Shown one piece after another: positions 18,117 to 25,303 of a DNA stretch of 32,000 nucleotides. Within the stretch, counting starts at the first letter, position 1, and each line of letters begins with the position of its first letter. The position numbers and the translations under genes were made by a program. The notes below the pieces were generated by a model, which was given only the letters and a program-made list of their open reading frames with translations, did no database searches and was not told the origin of the DNA. This DNA is from Thermoproteus tenax Kra 1. Its GTDB lineage: Archaea > Thermoproteota > Thermoprotei > Thermoproteales > Thermoproteaceae. Location of the stretch: contig NC_016070.1 in NCBI RefSeq assembly GCF_000253055.1, forward strand, positions 120,001-152,000, read 5' to 3'.

Positions 18117-19823
18117 GTGCGTTTTCCCATACTGCTATTGCTCCTTGTAGCTATAGCGTACGCACAGCTGTGCGTGAGCCAAGCCGGCAGGCTGTACCTC
18201 GCCTCAGGGGCCCTCTACTCAATCGAGTGGAACAACGCCACGGCTATATCGGGGCCGCAGGGCGTTGAGGCGGCCCTTGAGGGCGCCGGATGGGCCCTCC
18301 TCGTGCCTCAGTCGGGCGGAGCCTACGAGGCCCCCGGCGTTGTAGCCTCCTCATGTATAAACCCACAGGGTGTGCTCAACTACGCCAAAATATACAATAC
18401 GCCTTGGGGGCCGGCGGCGCCGGTTGGGCTGGCATACTACGGCGTTGCCGAGAGGGACGGGGATTACTACCCCGAGCCCTACCTCGGCTCCGAGGTGGCT
18501 GGGTGTTTCAGACTCTTGAACTTCACGGCCGTGAGCCTCTCCCCCCTCGGCCCCACGGCCGGCTATTCAATTCAGCTGAACGCTTACGTTAGATCCAACA
18601 GCGGCCACATCTACTGGGCACAAGAGCTCGTCAGATACAGCCCAAGCGGCTTCGAGCTCCTCATCAACCTCTGGAATATGACCTCATCCGTTTCGACGCT
18701 GCGCGGCGTGAGGGGGCTCGGCTCTCTGGCCTTCTACGGCGAAGATCTCTATTATTACTATCTGGCCCCCCTGCCCAACCTCACGGCAGGCTGCATGGAG
18801 ATAAGGGCCTCAGGCGACTCGCTTGAATTCCTTCTGAACGGAACTCTGATGGACAAGGTCGTTTTGCCCGAGGCCGGGCTCCAGATAGCGGCCGAGCCCT
18901 CCCTCAACGGGAGGGGGCTGCCCATGGATCTGGAGCTCGTTTTGGGCGGATACGGCGGTGTGGCCGACGTAGCCCTCGTGGAGCGCGGCTCGTTGGAGCT
19001 GAAGCTATATGTTGCCGTCGGCACATCGCTCGTCCCGCCGCCATCGGTCTGGAGCATAGGAGCATCAACTAGGGAGATCGCCATAGCCGCCGCATCGCCG
19101 AGGGGGGCGGAGGCGTTTGTGGACAAAGGCGAGCCGCAGATGAGCCAGCTGTGGGCCCAGCCCCTCTGCGTCTATTACCTCAACGGGACGCGATACTGCG
19201 GCAGGACTGAGTATCTAGTCAGTCTAGCTCTGCCCAACGGAAGCCGCCTGCTCTGGGCCCCGCGCGGCGCCAATTTGACGTTTCACTTGCCGACGATCAG
19301 ACAGGGGGGTCTAGAGCTTAGGCCCGAGGCGTCAGAGCTCAATTTAACCGTCGAGGGGCCGTTGCGTTTGAGGCCGGAGTATGAGGCGTACTTCAAAGTA
19401 TATGTAGATGCCCTCGGCTCGGCCGTAGAGCTCTGGCTGCCCAATGGATCCCGCCTCACAGCCTCTCAATTCTATCGGGCCATAGCCGGAGTGGCGTACG
19501 AGCCTCTCTACTTCGCCGGAGGCGGCCGTGAGATCGCCGTGGCGCATCCGCTCAACCTCACCGTCGTGTATACAGCGGTCTACAGAGGGAGGGCCGACGA
19601 CTTGTTGGGCCTGCCGAGCCCCCTCTCCGTGGCCGTCCTACAGTGCGGCAACGCCACAACGTACAGCCTCGCCGGCCTTGACGGCGAATATAACGCCACT
19701 TATCCACGCGTCGTGGAGGTTTGTAGCGCGCATCTATTCTCAATACCTATATCTCTCTATCTATCGCCGTTGGCGTTGCTCCTCTTTACTCGAAAATTAT
19801 TTCGGAGAAGAAATGTTTATTAA
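18117..19823 (+). CDS. Thermopsin-family (peptidase A5-like) secreted glycoprotein with a C-terminal extension and membrane anchor
   Basis: 568 aa with a GTG start and signal peptide MRFPILLLLLVAIAYAQ. The motifs APVGLAYYG, YSIQLNAYV...HIYWAQELV, INLWNMTSS and DLELVLGGYGGVA parallel thermopsin's APAGIASFG, LQFNIVL...YWLQDV, IDNVWNLTGS and AELVWGGGGNGA (from memory). There are 13 N-x-S/T sequons and a C-terminal TM followed by RRRNVY. Confidence 0.7.
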   Translation: MRFPILLLLLVAIAYAQLCVSQAGRLYLASGALYSIEWNNATAISGPQGVEAALEGAGWALLVPQSGGAYEAPGVVASSCINPQGVLNYAKIYNTPWGPAAPVGLAYYGVAERDGDYYPEPYLGSEVAGCFRLLNFTAVSLSPLGPTAGYSIQLNAYVRSNSGHIYWAQELVRYSPSGFELLINLWNMTSSVSTLRGVRGLGSLAFYGEDLYYYYLAPLPNLTAGCMEIRASGDSLEFLLNGTLMDKVVLPEAGLQIAAEPSLNGRGLPMDLELVLGGYGGVADVALVERGSLELKLYVAVGTSLVPPPSVWSIGASTREIAIAAASPRGAEAFVDKGEPQMSQLWAQPLCVYYLNGTRYCGRTEYLVSLALPNGSRLLWAPRGANLTFHLPTIRQGGLELRPEASELNLTVEGPLRLRPEYEAYFKVYVDALGSAVELWLPNGSRLTASQFYRAIAGVAYEPLYFAGGGREIAVAHPLNLTVVYTAVYRGRADDLLGLPSPLSVAVLQCGNATTYSLAGLDGEYNATYPRVVEVCSAHLFSIPISLYLSPLALLLFTRKLFRRRNVY

Positions 19824-19842
19824 GACATAAATTCCTAGTGGC

Positions 19843-20481
19843 ATGGTCGAAGTGAAAGGTCCCTACCTGGGGATGCAAATACCGGAGGATCTGTGCTTCA
19901 ATACCGACATGGGGAGAAAGTGCTTCAGAGACTACAAGGGCAAGTGGCTGTTGTTGTTCAGCCACCCCGGCGACTTTACGCCAGTCTGCACCACAGAGTT
20001 CATAGAGTTCGCCAAAAAGTACGAGGAGTTCAAGAAGCGGGGAGTCGAGCTGTTGGGCCTTAGCGTAGACACTGACATAAGCCACATAGAGTGGAAGAGG
20101 CAGATCAAACAGCTTTGGGGCGTCGAGATACCGTTCCCGATAATCGCCGATGTGCCCGACTTCCAAGTGGCAAACTTCTTCAACGCAATACCGCCCGGCA
20201 CTACGGCCACGGTGAGGATGGTCGCCCTAATAGACCCGGACCTCAAACTTGCGTGGTTCGCGTTGTATCCGTTGACCAACGGCAGAAACATAGACGAAAT
20301 AATAAGAGTCATCGACGCGGTGCAGACTACATATAAACACGGCGTGGCTACGCCGGCCAACTGGAGGCCCGGCGACCCGGTGATAGTGCCTCCTCCGCAC
20401 AGCTACGCCGACGCTGAGAAGAGGCTGAAGGAGCCGGGAATCGAGTGCAAGACTTGGTGGTTCTGTACCAAGAAGATCTAA
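19843..20481 (+). CDS. Peroxiredoxin (archaeal Prx6-like thiol peroxidase)
   Basis: 212 aa. FSHPGDFTPVCTTEF contains the peroxidatic Cys. The C-terminal CKTWWFC Cys pair matches that described for Aeropyrum-type Prx. Confidence 0.9.
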   Translation: MVEVKGPYLGMQIPEDLCFNTDMGRKCFRDYKGKWLLLFSHPGDFTPVCTTEFIEFAKKYEEFKKRGVELLGLSVDTDISHIEWKRQIKQLWGVEIPFPIIADVPDFQVANFFNAIPPGTTATVRMVALIDPDLKLAWFALYPLTNGRNIDEIIRVIDAVQTTYKHGVATPANWRPGDPVIVPPPHSYADAEKRLKEPGIECKTWWFCTKKI

Positions 20482-20484
20482 ACA

Positions 20485-20493
20485 TTTATTTTT
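20485..20493 (+). terminator. Oligo-T tract after the peroxiredoxin gene (candidate archaeal terminator)
   Basis: tttattttt lies 4 nt after the TAA stop. Archaeal RNAP terminates at T-runs. There is no experimental support. Confidence 0.35.
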
Positions 20494-20544
20494 CCCATTT
20501 CTCTCTCCGTCAAGCTTTAATATCATAGTCGGAGTGGTTCTTTG

Positions 20545-21456
20545 ATGGAAGTTAGTTCTAAAAAGAACTTAATTCGGACAATTGCGTCCGAATTCGCCGA
20601 GGACGAACACTTGGACTACAACGTCTACAGAGCCTTAGCCCGCGTCGAAAGAAACGAGAACAGGAGACGCGTCCTCGAGAGGCTTGCCGAGACTGAGCAA
20701 CGCCATTTCCACTTCTGGCTCAAGTTCTTGGACGGCTATAAACCCTCTCTGAAGGTCAAGCTGTACCCCCTCTTGTTAGTCCTCCTTAGGTTCCTCTTCG
20801 GTGTGACCTTCGTCGTAAAGCTCTTTGAGGCAGGCGAGGAACACGCCGTGGAGAAATACAAAATGGCGCTCGACTTAATGGAGACGCCTGAGGATAAGAG
20901 GGCTCTCGAGGAGATAATAAAGGACGAGCTTGAGCATGAACAGTACTTTGTGGGCCAGCTGGACGAGGCCGTGGTCAAGTACATGAGCGCCTTGGTCTTG
21001 GGCATGGCCGACGCCATAATAGAGATAACGGGAACTCACGCGGGCGCCCTCGGCACTACAAGCTCCTCAATAATAACTGGCGTCGTGGGGCTGGTGGTCG
21101 GCGTTTCCGCCGCCATCTCTATGGCCTCTGCCTCGTACCTCCAGACTAAACACGAGTTGGGTAAATCCCCCACAATAGCCGCCCTAGTTACCGGCGTCGG
21201 CTACGTGGTTGCGGCCGCCCTTATGTCGCTCCCCTACTTCTTGATCGAGAACATCTACGCTGCCTTCGCGACCTCAGTAGCCGTCAGCGTGCTCCTGGCG
21301 TTGACCTTCACATTTCAGGGAAGCGTCTACACCGGCGCTGACTTTCGCCGCGAGTTTGCGCAGACGGTGGCCCTCCTGCTCGGCGTAGCGGCGCTTGCGT
21401 ATGTAATGGGCGATGCGTTGAGCGCGGCGTTTGGCATTAAAAGTCTAATAAAGTAG
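20545..21456 (+). CDS. Ferritin-like (erythrin) domain fused to a VIT1/CCC1 iron-transporter domain (MbfA-like)
   Basis: The ORF opens at TTG 20542 and ATG is at 20545. Di-iron-type ExxH motifs are present (ETEQRH, DELEHE), followed by the VIT1-type segment LVLGMADAIIEITGTHAGALG and about 4 more TM helices. Confidence 0.8.
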   Translation: MEVSSKKNLIRTIASEFAEDEHLDYNVYRALARVERNENRRRVLERLAETEQRHFHFWLKFLDGYKPSLKVKLYPLLLVLLRFLFGVTFVVKLFEAGEEHAVEKYKMALDLMETPEDKRALEEIIKDELEHEQYFVGQLDEAVVKYMSALVLGMADAIIEITGTHAGALGTTSSSIITGVVGLVVGVSAAISMASASYLQTKHELGKSPTIAALVTGVGYVVAAALMSLPYFLIENIYAAFATSVAVSVLLALTFTFQGSVYTGADFRREFAQTVALLLGVAALAYVMGDALSAAFGIKSLIK

Positions 21457-21462
21457 CCGCGC

Positions 21463-22095
21463 GTGTGGGAGCTGTTGTACAAGGGGGGCCGCTGGACTAG
21501 GATAGATAGACCCTATCTACACGTCCCCAGAGGCCGCATCGTCGTCAAAGTGAAGGCCTTCATTTTGGACGACTACAGCGCCTGGGCTGCCGCAAGGGGT
21601 CTGGAGAAGGTATCTAGGTGGGCCTTCGGGAACATCGTGGGGGGCCCATCGGCTAAAACCGGCGAATATGTAGTGGCGCTGGCCGAGAACGCGGCCGCTG
21701 AATACGTCGTAGCCGACCGAGTCTTTCCCGCAGGTAGAGACGGCGTTGAGGCGCTGTCTAAAATACATGCAGCCCTCGTGCTCGAGGCCTTGGATAGACT
21801 ACCCAAGTTCGCCCCAGTCCAGATCTCCGGCGATGATCCCAGAAGGGAGTATGTCGAAAGGCTTGCGAGGACGGGCAGCTCGAGACATCGCATAATACTC
21901 CAGGGGGGCTCTTTGGCCGACGGCGCCGTTGCAGTCTCGTTGACGCGCCTATTCAGCGTAGAGGGCCCCGGCCTTGTGAGAGTTTTGGATCTGCCCAAGC
22001 GGAGGTACGTGGAGACCGCCGAGGGTAGACTAAGGATACCCATCAGAGGTCTCGACGAGGCCGTCCCTGGCGCTTGGGCGATCGTGGAAATTTAA
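21463..22095 (+). CDS. Hypothetical protein, with weak resemblance to the GroES-like N-terminal part of MDR alcohol dehydrogenases
   Basis: 210 aa with a GTG start 6 nt after the previous gene. The pattern GRIVVKVKAFILDD...FGNIVGGPS...GEYVVAL...AEYVVAD resembles the MDR catalytic domain. No Cys/His zinc ligands and no GxGxxG are visible. Confidence 0.4.
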   Translation: MWELLYKGGRWTRIDRPYLHVPRGRIVVKVKAFILDDYSAWAAARGLEKVSRWAFGNIVGGPSAKTGEYVVALAENAAAEYVVADRVFPAGRDGVEALSKIHAALVLEALDRLPKFAPVQISGDDPRREYVERLARTGSSRHRIILQGGSLADGAVAVSLTRLFSVEGPGLVRVLDLPKRRYVETAEGRLRIPIRGLDEAVPGAWAIVEI

Positions 22096-22117
22096 ATAGG
22101 GCCTCGTCGGTGGAACT

Positions 22118-22444
22118 ATGAGGACGGGCGAGCTGGAGTCGTATATTGCCTTGGGGCTCGGGGTTGCTCTAGTTGTATTCGTCGTCTTTGCCGGCGCTCT
22201 GATGTTTATGCAGAGCATACCGAGATCCGACATAGTGATCACAACCAACTTCGGCCCCATGAAGCTGTCCAATATGCCGGATCCATACGCCGTGGCGACT
22301 GCGGCAGTCCGCTCCCTAATCCTCCTGGCCTTGGGCCTCACAGGCGCCAAGCTGCTTGAGGTAGGGATCGACCAGAGGAGGAAGCTCAAGATGGAGGCTC
22401 AGCTCGAGCAGTACTACCAATATTATCAACAGTATCAATATTAG
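22118..22444 (+). CDS. Small two-TM membrane protein with a Gln/Tyr-rich C-terminal tail
   Basis: 108 aa with two hydrophobic helices. The tail reads KLKMEAQLEQYYQYYQQYQY. Confidence 0.5.
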   Translation: MRTGELESYIALGLGVALVVFVVFAGALMFMQSIPRSDIVITTNFGPMKLSNMPDPYAVATAAVRSLILLALGLTGAKLLEVGIDQRRKLKMEAQLEQYYQYYQQYQY

Positions 22445-22846
22445 CTACCAGAGCAATAGAAATCTGAAGGCCCTCTTGGCTATATACCTCTTCAACTGTA
22501 TGAAGTACATCGTAAGAAACGTTGTGGACATAGTAGTGAGGGCCCAAGAGAGCCAGACAGCCACTGTGTAAATCAGCGGGGGGAGCGCGAGGCCCAACGT
22601 CCCCTCGACAACGCTGAGAACTTGTGAATAAAGCGTGGGGCCGGCCACTGGTATCAACGAGACGGCGAGCCCGAACCCGGCCGCCGCCCCTAACAGCGCA
22701 AGTCTGCCCATAAGCGCGAGGTCTTGTAGCGCTACGTGATATGCTAACATGAGATACAACACTATGGCCACAGACAACGCGAGGAATATCCTCACGTACT
22801 GTTTTACTCGGGAGAATATATTGGTTTCGCCCATGACAAACAACAA
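22445..22846 (-). CDS. Hypothetical four-TM membrane protein
   Basis: 133 aa from TTG 22846 (ATG alternative at 22834). A TATA-like gattaaattc lies ~22-25 nt upstream on the coding strand. Its stop abuts the stop of the convergent gene at 22444/22445. Confidence 0.5.
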   Translation of the reverse strand: MLFVMGETNIFSRVKQYVRIFLALSVAIVLYLMLAYHVALQDLALMGRLALLGAAAGFGLAVSLIPVAGPTLYSQVLSVVEGTLGLALPPLIYTVAVWLSWALTTMSTTFLTMYFIQLKRYIAKRAFRFLLLW

Positions 22847-22880
22847 GCCCCGCCCCTTAGGTGGGTGAATTTAATCTACG

Positions 22881-23330
22881 GCAGAGCTGGTGAAGAGGGC
22901 AGAGGAAAAGAGAAGGAGGAGCCGCGGCGGGCGCCGCGCACGGGGGCGAACCCAAGCGCAAGATGGCCCCGGCGGGGAGTCCCCGCCACAATGCCCTCCG
23001 CCCGGACCGTCCGCCTGAGGCCCCTCCCTACGGCGGCGCAGGAGAGGATAGAGGCGTACTGCCCGACGTCGAACGGATCAACCCCGAGGAGGGGCAACGG
23101 GTGAGGCCCCAACGGTGGAAACCCCGCCTAAGGCGAGGAGGGGGTCATGATTGCTTATACGCGCAACTCCGGATGGGGGATCCGCCCCGAGCTCTGGAGG
23201 AGGGAACTGCGTCGTCCAGCCCTGTGCCAGACAGCCCCGCGACCTGGTCAGCTTGGATAAGGACGCGGGCGAGGAGGAAGCCCCTGGGCGTGACGTCAGC
23301 GGCGGCCGCCTAAGGACAGAGGGCTGAATC
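22881..23330 (+). ncRNA. GC-rich ORF-free block: candidate structured non-coding RNA(s), identity unresolved
   Basis: 43/60 and 45/60 G+C in the two 60-nt stretches 22890-22949 and 22950-23009. All six-frame ORFs here are R/P/G/A-rich junk on both strands. Several strong hairpins are present (22971-22987, 23167-23199, 23236-23269). The strand is uncertain. Confidence 0.3.
23276..23320 (+). repeat. Repeat copy A: GGAAGCCCCT, 9-nt spacer, GTCAGCGGCGGCCGCCTAAGGACAGA
   Basis: The 26-nt core at 23295-23320 matches 23932-23957 at 25/26 positions. It contains the 10-nt palindrome GGCGGCCGCC. Confidence 0.8.
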
Positions 23331-23360
23331 AAGCTTAAATACTTGGGAGCACATCTCTCT

Positions 23361-23525
23361 ATGCCGTCCCACGGCAGTTTGACCAAGGCGGGCAAAGTGA
23401 GATCCCAGACCCCCAAGATACCCCCGAAGCCCAAGAGGAATCTGACGCCGAGGAGGAGGAACTCGAGGAACTACAGAAGGAGGATAGTCTACGCAGCCCA
23501 GTCCGCCGAGGCGGCGGCCGAGTGA
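23361..23525 (+). CDS. Small, very basic hypothetical protein (54 aa)
   Basis: [54 protein letters not shown]. The ATG is ~25 nt downstream of a TATA-like gcttaaatac. Its stop TGA overlaps the next ORF's ATG. Low-complexity composition makes the coding status uncertain. Confidence 0.3.
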   Translation: MPSHGSLTKAGKVRSQTPKIPPKPKRNLTPRRRNSRNYRRRIVYAAQSAEAAAE

Positions 23526-23761
23526 TGGACTTCTCCACAGATGTATCGGCATCGTTGTTGCGGAGGGTCAGAGAGATAGAGTCAGTCCTGTCCGGCGTAG
23601 CGGAGCACCACCCCTATTGGCCGGCTGCCCACTATCTGACGCAGGCGCTCAGTTTGCTCTTCGAGAGATGGAACGGCCGTCTGACGCAGGAGGAGTTGGA
23701 GGAGATCAAATGGTATCTAGAGAAGGCGGCCCAGTCGTTGGGGCTGTTTCATACTTCTTGA
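23525..23761 (+). CDS. Small helical hypothetical protein (78 aa)
   Basis: [78 protein letters not shown]. The composition is balanced and amphipathic-helix-like, unlike the surrounding junk ORFs. Confidence 0.5.
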   Translation: MDFSTDVSASLLRRVREIESVLSGVAEHHPYWPAAHYLTQALSLLFERWNGRLTQEELEEIKWYLEKAAQSLGLFHTS

Positions 23762-23904
23762 TTCGGAGGAAAATCCTGCGTCTTTGGCGCGGGCGGAAGG
23801 CCTAAATCATGCGCGTGCCTACAGCTGTGAGGGGCGGCGTCCCATGAGGGGCCTGCCCCAGTCGGGCTTGAGGCAGCTGGGTTGTCGGTGAAGGCATAGG
23901 CAGG

Positions 23905-23957
23905 GGAAGCCCCTAGCATGAACCGGGAATTGTCAGCGGCGGCCGCCTAGGGACAGA
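23905..23957 (+). repeat. Repeat copy B: GGAAGCCCCT, 17-nt spacer, GTCAGCGGCGGCCGCCTAGGGACAGA
   Basis: The core at 23932-23957 lies 637 nt downstream of copy A in the same orientation. Confidence 0.8.
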
Positions 23958-23976
23958 CGGTTTAAGATAAGGCGGC

Positions 23977-23987
23977 AAAAATTTAAA
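23977..23987 (+). promoter_or_regulatory. TATA box for tRNA-Ala
   Basis: aaaaatttaaa is centred ~25 nt upstream of tRNA position 1 (24008). Confidence 0.6.
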
Positions 23988-24007
23988 CCACCAATTTAGA
24001 ATGGGCG

Positions 24008-24079
24008 GGGCCGGTAGTCTAGCGGAAGGATGCCCGCTTGGCGCGCGGGAGATCCCGGGTTCAAATCCCGGCCGGTCCA
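24008..24079 (+). tRNA. tRNA-Ala (anticodon GGC), no encoded CCA
   Basis: Hand-folded cloverleaf. The acceptor GGGCCGG/CCGGTCC includes the Ala-identity G3:U70 wobble. The D arm is GTCT-AGCGGAA-GGAT and the anticodon arm CCCGC-TTGGCGC-GCGGG. The variable loop is AGATC, the T arm CCGGG-TTCAAAT-CCCGG, and the discriminator A. Confidence 0.9.
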
Positions 24080-24220
24080 CTAATCAGTTGGCCGCTCTCC
24101 TAGCGGTAGGCCCTCGCGTTTGTACTATTATTGAGCCGCCGACTTAGCGTCGGCTAAATGTACATCGAGGACTCTAGAGGTTATCGCCGATGAAAAACAA
24201 GGTTATAAGCGGGATCCGAT

Positions 24221-24943
24221 GTGTTGGGAGTGGGCGATAATAATCTAAATATCAGAGCGGCTGAAGCCTCTGATATCCCACAGATAGTTGGTTTCACGAG
24301 GAACACGTTTTCGTGGGGCGACTATTTGCCCAACGTCATCAGCGAGTGGGTTAGAGCCGGCACAGCCTATGTTGCCGCGGCCCGCGACGAGGTCGTTGGA
24401 GTCATAAATGTCGAGCTACTGCCGACGGAAGTCGCTTGGCTTGAGGGCCTGAGGGTAAAGCCTAGCCACAGGGGGATCGGGGTTGGAACAGCGCTGACGA
24501 AATTCGCCATGAATTACGCAAGACGGGCTGGCGCGAAATACGCCATGTTGATGATCGCTGAATGGAACGAGGCCAGCCACAACTTGGCTCACAAATTGGG
24601 GTTCAAGCCCGTGCTTCGCGTGCATGCAGGTATAGCCGAGGAGCCATCGATCGTACGCGAGACCGACTCTGAAAGGATAAGAGAGCTCATAAGGCGAGCC
24701 CTAGATGCCACCGGCGGCTATATATGTGTAAGTAATGGCCTCTGGAGATGCACTAGGACCGCCATCGATTATGTATCTTCGTTGATTAGGGAGGCGTACG
24801 TAGGCGACAAAGGCATCGGCTTCAACATAGGCTTCTCCGTGGGCGCGCCTACAACGCCTGCGAAGATGGAGGTGCTTTCCACCGATTATGGCAATTTCGA
24901 AAAATATTATGGCGCTTATATAATTTATGAACAAAAACTTTAA
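24221..24943 (+). CDS. GNAT-family N-acetyltransferase
   Basis: 240 aa with a GTG start. The acetyl-CoA motif A is LRVKPSHRGIGVGTALTKFAMNYAR, followed by a beta-bulge region and NEASHNLAHKLGF. Confidence 0.8.
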   Translation: MLGVGDNNLNIRAAEASDIPQIVGFTRNTFSWGDYLPNVISEWVRAGTAYVAAARDEVVGVINVELLPTEVAWLEGLRVKPSHRGIGVGTALTKFAMNYARRAGAKYAMLMIAEWNEASHNLAHKLGFKPVLRVHAGIAEEPSIVRETDSERIRELIRRALDATGGYICVSNGLWRCTRTAIDYVSSLIREAYVGDKGIGFNIGFSVGAPTTPAKMEVLSTDYGNFEKYYGAYIIYEQKL

Positions 24944-25203
24944 AACAGATAAATAAACTTCATTTATAGGTGCTCAGCACAACCCCCAAAATTTCCATTC
25001 TCTTGTTGGCGATTGCCGTCCAAGTTGGACGCGAGCGGCTATAGATCTGGTTGGCTACGCGCCAAATAGGCTAAGGCCGGCGGCCGCCCGAATTGTCGTC
25101 AAGGTGTTTCCCGACGTCTAGATCTGTTGGACGGGCACCTCCTCTGAACTACGATCGCTACGCATCGTTCCGTTTTGTTGCGCATAAAGCGGGATAAGGC
25201 GAA

Positions 25204-25289
25204 GCCGGCAGTCTAGCGGAAGGATGCCCGCTTGGCGCGCGGGAGATCCCGATCCGCGAGGCTGCGCAGAGAAGGTTCAAATCTCGACC
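25204..25289 (+). pseudogene. Degenerate second copy of tRNA-Ala(GGC) with a 22-nt insertion in the T stem
   Basis: 25210-25251 is identical (42/42) to 24016-24057, and 47/48 over 25204-25251. A 22-nt insert atccgcgaggctgcgcagagaa (25252-25273) follows, then ggttcaaatctcgacc. After removing the insert the T stem can pair 4/5, but the acceptor stem pairs only 4/7. Confidence 0.7.
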
Positions 25290-25303
25290 ATCGTTATATC
25301 TCT

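Noticed and set aside
23140-23200. C/D-box sRNA around gtcATGATTgc, and around gaGTGATGGac at 23521
   Set aside because: The C-box matches are imperfect (AUGAUU, UGAUGG), and no CUGA D box occurs at the expected 40-60 nt spacing with terminal pairing.
22881-23330. SRP (7S) RNA as the identity of the GC-rich block
   Set aside because: A GGUGA...GGU-GGAA-ACC...CCUAAGG stretch (about 23100-23125) superficially recalls SRP helix 8. However, the invariant GGAA-tetraloop-plus-AGCA SRP54-binding motif is absent on both strands.
22865-23552. ORFs 22865-23104, 22876-23112, 22963-23313, 23078-23434 and 23310-23552 as protein genes
   Set aside because: They overlap one another on both strands. Their translations are dominated by R/P/G/A with no hydrophobic periodicity, which is typical of open frames arising by chance in 70-75% G+C DNA.
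25204-25289. The second tRNA-Ala-like sequence as a functional intron-containing tRNA
   Set aside because: Removing the 22-nt insert restores a 4/5 T stem, but the acceptor stem (AAGCCGG versus CCATCGT) pairs at only 4 of 7 positions. I could not draw a bulge-helix-bulge motif around the insert. I therefore treat it as a pseudogene or att remnant, pending a proper scan.
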